64,000 nt of DNA from the human T2T-CHM13v2.0 reference genome, Homo sapiens: the NCBI RefSeq assembly GCF_009914755.1, contig NC_060930.1; one strand, written 5' to 3'. The notes beneath the pieces are model-generated. The model was not told where the DNA came from. It saw nothing but the letters and a program-made list of their open reading frames with translations, and ran no database searches. This document shows positions 57,790 to 64,000 of this stretch, piece after piece; position 1 is the first letter of the stretch; each line of letters opens with the position of its first letter. The translations under genes and the position numbers were made by a program.

Positions 57790-59432
57790 GTATTTTAAAA
57801 AATTTAGGGAGTACAGCTGCAGTTTTGTTACATGGATATATTGTACAGTAGCGAAGTTTGGTATTTTATTGTATCCATCACCCGAATAATGTACGTTGCA
57901 CCCATTGGATAATTTCTCATCCCTCACTCCCTCCCATCCTTCTACGTCTCCAATGTCTATCATCCCACATTCTCACATTTACACATTATTTACCTCCCAC
58001 TTATAAATGAGAACACTCAGTATTTTACTTTCTGTTTCTGTGTTATTTCACTTAAGATAATGGCCTCCAGTTCCATCCATGTTGCTGCTTAAGACATAAT
58101 GTTATTCTTTTTTATGACCAAATAGTATTCCATTGCATATATGGAATTTTATCACATTGTAATGTGATACAATTGTGTGTGTGGATATACATCACATTTT
58201 CTTTATCCAATCATCTGTTGATAGACACATAGGTTCATTCCGTATCTTTGCTATTGTGAATAGTGCTGCAAAAAATTTACAAGTGCCGGTATCATTTTGA
58301 TACAATAATTTATTTTCCTTTGGGTAAATAGATACCCAGTGGTGGAACTGCTGGCATCAGTGCTTGGTCTATCATTAGTTCTTTGAGAAATCTCCATACT
58401 GTTTTCCATAGAGGTTGTACTCATTTCCATTTCCACCAATAATGTGTGAGTTCCCTTTTCTCCACCTCCTTGCCAGCATCTGTTGTTTTTTGTCTTTATA
58501 ATAATAGCCATTCTGACGGATGTAAGATGGTATCTCATTGAGGTTTTAATTTGCATTTCTCTGGTGAGTAGTGATTTGAGCATTTTTTCATGTTTGCTGG
58601 CCTTTTGTATGTCTTCTTTTGAAAAATATCTTGTCAAGTCCTTTGCCCAGTTTTTACTGGAGTTAGTTTTTGTTGTTGTTGCTGTTGAGTTGTTTCAGTT
58701 CCTAGTAAATTCTAGATATTCGTCCCCTGTTGGGTGCATAGTTTGCAAATATTTTCTCCCATTCTGCACGTTGTCTGTACACTCTGTTAATTGTTTCTTT
58801 TGATGTGCAGAAGAGTTTTAGTTTAATTAAGTCCCATTTGTCTATTTTTGTTTTTGTTGCATTTACTTTTGAGGTCTTTGTCATGAATTGTTTGCCTAGA
58901 CCAATGTCCAGAAAAGTTTCCTCTAGGGTTTCTTCTAGTATTTTAATAGTTTCAGGTCTTAAGATTCAAATCTTTAATCCATCTTGAGTTGATTTTTGAT
59001 ATGGGGAGAGATAGGGATGCAGTTAAATTCTTCTGCTCATGACAATCCGATTTTCCCAGCACTATTTATCGAAAAGGGAGTCCTTTCCTCAGTGCATATT
59101 TTTGTTGACTTTGTCAAAGATCAGTTGGCTGTAGATATGCTGCGTTATCTCTGGGTTCTCTATTCTGTTCCACTGATCTATGTGCCTGTTTTCATACTAA
59201 TACCATGCTGTTTGGGTTACAATAGCCTTATAGTATGACTTGAGATCAGGTAGCGAGATGCCTTCAGCATTTTTCTTAGGACTGCCTTAGTTATTCGGGC
59301 TCTTTTTTTGTTACATGTGAATTTTAGGATTGTTTTTCTTAATTCTGTGAAAACGATGTTGTTGTTTTGGTAGGGATTGCATCAAATCTGTGGACTGCTT
59401 TGGGCAATGTGGCCATTTTCACAGTGTTGATT
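57790..59432 (-). mobile_element. L1PB-type 3' portion (ORF2 C-terminus and 3'UTR)
   Basis: Minus ORFs [23 protein letters not shown] and [12 protein letters not shown]...[24 protein letters not shown] match the L1 ORF2 C-terminus. Confidence 0.92.
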
Positions 59433-59869
59433 CCCAGGGGAGCAGTCCTCTTATGAGAACAGGTGGGGCAAGGTGTTTTTCTGGAGTCCTTGGAACGCAC
59501 TAGGGCACGGGTGAAATGGATTCTATAAAACTTCTGTTTGTTTGAAGAAGTAGACTGCAGACACAGGAAGCATGAAGCCCCAGCGGTGAGGAAGACACTG
59601 CCCCTGCCATTATCCCCAGAAGGTGCCTGCATTTAATAAAGACAGTGAGAGACTGAGGGAATTATGTACTGGGCTCATTTTAAAGCTACTAGACCACTGA
59701 TATGAACAGTAAAGCAATGAGTGCAGGTCTGTTGATGATGAGGATGCTGGTGACGATAGTGAATGTGATCACGGCTGCTTAAAACACTCTGTCTAGGTAG
59801 GCAGAACACTCTCTGAGAACAGGCTCTTCCACAAGTCTCCTCAGTTTAAATACACCAGAGAGGGTTTGG

Positions 59870-60200
59870 GGCTGGGAGAGTAAAGTCACTGTATTATTTT
59901 GGACAAGTCCTTTCACCTCTCAGAAAGGAGAGAAATAACATTACTTAGCATGCTGGAAAGAGAATTAAATGAGACAGTTTGTGTAATTTCACAGAGACTT
60001 CTGTGGCACTATTCTAAATTCTTTACAAATAGTAACTCATTTCAATCCCTTAACCACCGACAGGCTGCTGCTCTTATTCTCCTTACTTTACGGGTGAGCA
60101 AATTGAAGAAGAGAAGTAAACAGAATTGCCCACAGTCACACAGCAAGTAAGAAGTCAGGCTCAGATTTGAACCCAAGCAGTTAGGTTCTGAGTCTGTCCT
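59870..60200. mobile_element. MIR SINE remnants (two, opposite orientation)
   Basis: ggacaagtcctttcacctctc; aactcatttcaatccc...aattgcccacagtcacacagc...cagatttgaacccaagcag. Confidence 0.6.
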
Positions 60201-62229
60201 ATTATACATATAATATTGTATAGACAAATAAAATGCACTTTAAAATTAAATTGTCTACAAATGATGGCTATGACTATAATTAATCCCAAATCTACTTTGA
60301 AAAAGAGGGAAAAGATGCCAAATTTGGGTGGTCTCCTTAAGTCACGTCCTGGAAGAAACATAGACATCACACACAGAGCCATATAGGCAGGAAGTAAAAA
60401 TATCAACAACATATTTGACTCAATTCTCTATGCATATGGTTACTATAGTTTGTTTTTCTGAATACACATAAATATTGCATTTACTGGTGTCTGTTTAGGC
60501 TATCTGTGAATAACTTGGACTTTTGTCTTTATCTCTGGTTTTATATGTAGCTTTCATCGTCTAGTTTGATCACAAATATCAAAGTACATGAGGCCAAATC
60601 AGAGTATAATTTCTTACAAGAGACAAATAGTGTGTATAGACGGCACCTGAATTCCACAATGTCATAATTCCAAATAGAAACCATGTGCACGGAACAAGAA
60701 GAGTAGATGGTATCACATTCCCTCTTCCCTCTTTTCACGGCACTGCAGGGCAGCAGGGCAGAGCTCTCAGGGGAAGTCAGAACACGGCCCTGGCAGTGAT
60801 TTGACCTCAGCACACAGCTGTGTGCACGGTCTGGGGGCACCTGGGCTCCTTTCAGCAGCTGCCTGCACACAACCTGCAGACATAAGATGATGCAGGAGGA
60901 CTGGATATTAGGAAGCTGAAAGGCATTTAAACTGTGTTCTGAATACTACACATATAGACGGAGATGGGAAAGGGCCACTCTGCCTTGTTCATGAGGGTAG
61001 ATGAGTATTCCGTGTGTCTGCGGACTGGTGACATTTGAAAGCATGCCATCAATAAGCCACCGGCCACGGCTGGATTTCCGCAGGGGTTAGTGGATCTCCC
61101 AGCTCCAGGCTACACCAAGGCAAAAACGTGGGCCCCAACCCCCAAGGTTATCTCATGGTCCTTGGAAGGTTCTGGTGAGAAGGAGGGAGATAAAAGGAAT
61201 GCTCGATGACTCTGGAGAGAGACGGGTGTGACTGGACTCCATCACCATTCGTAGCATGATCTTTTGGACATAAACCTACTTTATGATACTAAAAAAGAAT
61301 TAGAAATAAAATGTTGCTTTAATCAAGGAGTTCTAGCACTATATAATTCCTTTGAGTATAAGGAAGAGGTTTATACATCACAGAAACACATGAACTTGTA
61401 CTCACCCAAAATTCTTCAATGACACAAAAGAATTACTCCAAATTTTACTGGAAAAATAGAATTCTACCGAATGTTTACTAAATCCCCAAAGATGATTTTT
61501 TAAAAACATTTGCTGCATAAATCATGATAAAAGAAAAACTAGCATGTGCTCCCAATCTTATTTGAATATTTCTTCCATTGGAGCACACAGTGTTGGTTTA
61601 AAAGATACACATCATGTGGAATCAATCTCATAATTCGCTTGGAATCTTCTCTCAAATGGAATATCACAATCATTGAATAGTTTAATGTGAAGAAAAGTGA
61701 GTAGAATACTATGAAATACAAGAATATTTCATTAGAAGGAAATCATCTTGAAATCCCTTGAAGACGAGCCAGTTACTTGGGTAGAAAGGCTGTTTCCACG
61801 GTGTGCCACCCAGTCCCCGGCCTTCAGAGCCAACTCCATGCCCCTGTTTTCTACCCACCAGCAGCTCACACAGGAGGCACCGCCAGCCAAAGCAGCCTCC
61901 TGAGATCTCCGCTTGCTTTTGCTCAACCAAATCTGCCTCCAATTCTGTCAATATCCATCTCTGTTGAGTTGGTTTAGGGAGAGCTCTGAGTTCACTTTTG
62001 GCTGTGTGTGTGTGTGTGTTTCCTCAATGCTGGAACTTGCTTTCTGGTATGGGTCCCTGCTCTTGCTCCCAGAGCTCTTCATGACCTCCTGAAGAAGCCA
62101 AGCTCTGCCCCTGTGGAAACCACGTCCATCACTGCCCACTTGTGTCCTGCCCATATGAGGTCTGGCCGCCATAAGGGGCAGGGCAGGATTTCTGTATTTC
62201 ACCAGAATCTGCAGTCGGTCCCTGGAATC

Positions 62230-64000
62230 TCATCAAATACCTATGAGTTGGATGAATTCCTTTCCTCGTGAGGTTTCAAGATAACTTGGGGTTCCCGGCC
62301 TGTCAGAAAGTGACATTCTTTACTTACCACAGATCACAACCCCTGTGCAGGGACTGTGTACACAGAATAAGAGGACAGTTTCCAAGGGCTTTGTTGGCTT
62401 TATAAGTCAAGTTTGATTCCTAAAAGGAGAGCACAACATTCCAGCCAATGCCTTGGCAAAATAATCAGTTTTTCCTATTGTGTCCTGTTACAAATGAAAA
62501 CAGATTCTTATTGTATTTATGCAAATAACTATATATAAACAGTTCCAAATTCTGGAGAAATCAGGTAGAGAGAAACAAATATGCCCCAAATTTTGTTCAT
62601 AAGAATATACTTGTTAAAAGCCATTAATAGCTCAAAAGTTTCCTTGACTCTGAAAAAGCAAAACAAAGGATTAGCAACATTGCTTAACATTTTAAGCAAA
62701 AAGTCAAAAAGATCATTTCAGTCTTCTATCAGTTCAGTTCATGCAGTTCATTCCTGTCCTACTTGATATTAGTAAATATTTTAGCTCTTCAAGAGTCGTG
62801 AACGTTTTTCTTCTATGCTAATGTCACAATCTTCAAAGTTATCAGAAACCTGCATTCAAGAGCACCTGGGAGAGCTTTCCAGCTAATTATAAAACCACCT
62901 TCTAAAGAGGACCAAAACAAGACAATCATTTATGGATGACATTCAGGAGCACCTGGGAGAGCTTTCCAGCTAATTATAAAACCACCTTCTAAAGAGGACC
63001 AAAACAAGACAATTGTTTACGGATGACATTCAAGAGCACCTGTGAGAGCTTTCCAGCTAAGTATAAAACCACCTTCTAAAGAGGACCAAAACAAGACAAT
63101 CGTTTACGGATGACAAAAGTTTTAGGGTAGGCATAGTTAAAAACACAATTGACAAGGAAATCTGTTACTTCTGTGGCACACAATAATTTAACATAACAAT
63201 TATTACTGATAATGTCCACTAAGATATATCAGAAATATAGGAGTCTCCCATAACTTTGAAACAAATACCAAAACATATTTATACAAATATAGCCCAAAGA
63301 CAGCCAAACACCATTTCATATCTAACAATACTTCCTGTGTAATGTTTATACCAAATAGGTCAAATTTCCCCTTTACATTAGTTACACCCAATTCTTAATA
63401 AAACCTTATAAACATATTTACCCAATTTTAATGTTTGACCATAAGGTAAGATTTTTATAGAACTTTTCTAACCCTTTACAGTTTTTGTTAAAGAGCAGGT
63501 TAGTGCTCTAAGAGAAACCCATTGTGTTTTTATTTTAATGCTCAATTTACAGAAAAACTGGATGATACTCCTTTAACTTTAGCCAATGGGTTTACACACA
63601 GAATTTCCCTTACAATCAACCTTCCACACCTTGCTTAAACCTTCATCTTTATTTTATCTAACTTAAAACAACACTTTAAATCTAGGCAAAAAATCCACAT
63701 CCTCATGCCTCCTTATAATCTTTTTACCAAAAATATATTTTACTTTCCTTACACACGTTGCACGTAAACTGACATAAAGAATGTTGCTATTTCTTCAACA
63801 GCTTTAAATACATGTTACTCTGTTAACTCTTAGGAACCTTCACTTTTGGTGAAAACCTTGGTAAGGTTGGGATTTGAATGAAGAACTAGGTGTGAAGCCT
63901 AGGACCTAGACAGAAGTGCAGAAAAAGTCTGACTTATTCCAGCATCTAACTCCATGTGTCCCAGGCCATATCTAGCTGTAAAGCAGGCAGTTGTGCGGCT
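62230..64000 (-). mobile_element. ERV1 (MER4-group) internal sequence running off the window end
   Basis: The reverse complement of about 63220-63270 resembles 1655-1695 of the ERV remnant at the window start. Motifs such as ggcctgtcagaaagtgacattctttacttaccaca are MER4-internal-like. Confidence 0.7.
62854..63114. repeat. 87-bp near-perfect tandem triplication inside the ERV internal sequence
   Basis: attca(a/g)gagcacctg...ggatgac starting at 62854, 62941 and 63028. Confidence 0.95.

Noticed and set aside
63220-63270. Inverted similarity to 1655-1695 suggesting a large inverted duplication
   Set aside because: The match is short and diverged, and is explained by related ERV1 internal sequences.

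Overview
Primate (human-like) non-coding genomic DNA with no intact protein-coding gene that I can support. Most of the window is interspersed repeats. These include about 11 Alus (J, S and Y types, most with readable target-site duplications, TSDs) and old L1M fragments. A near full-length L1MA-type element at 30.6-39.5 kb carries a nested L1PB-type piece and three Alus. There is a complete MSTA MaLR provirus inside a MER57-type ERV1 remnant, plus THE1, MLT1, MLT2, MER39, MER4 and LTR16 LTRs, ERVL pol remnants and DNA-transposon fossils. The main gene-derived feature is a full-length but heavily decayed processed pseudogene of VTA1 on the minus strand (about 24.7-26.65 kb), split by two Alus inserted about 30 bp apart. 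A monomeric Alu-like insert at 49.5 kb carries BC200 (BCYRN1) diagnostic bases. Minisatellites are dense (21, 29, 30, about 40, 45, 67 and 87 bp units), which suggests a subtelomeric setting, and several arose inside transposon remnants. The very long His/Thr-rich and Cys/Val-rich ORFs are CA-repeat artefacts. I found no convincing novel biological system. Repeat family names and parent sequences are from recall, not from a search.
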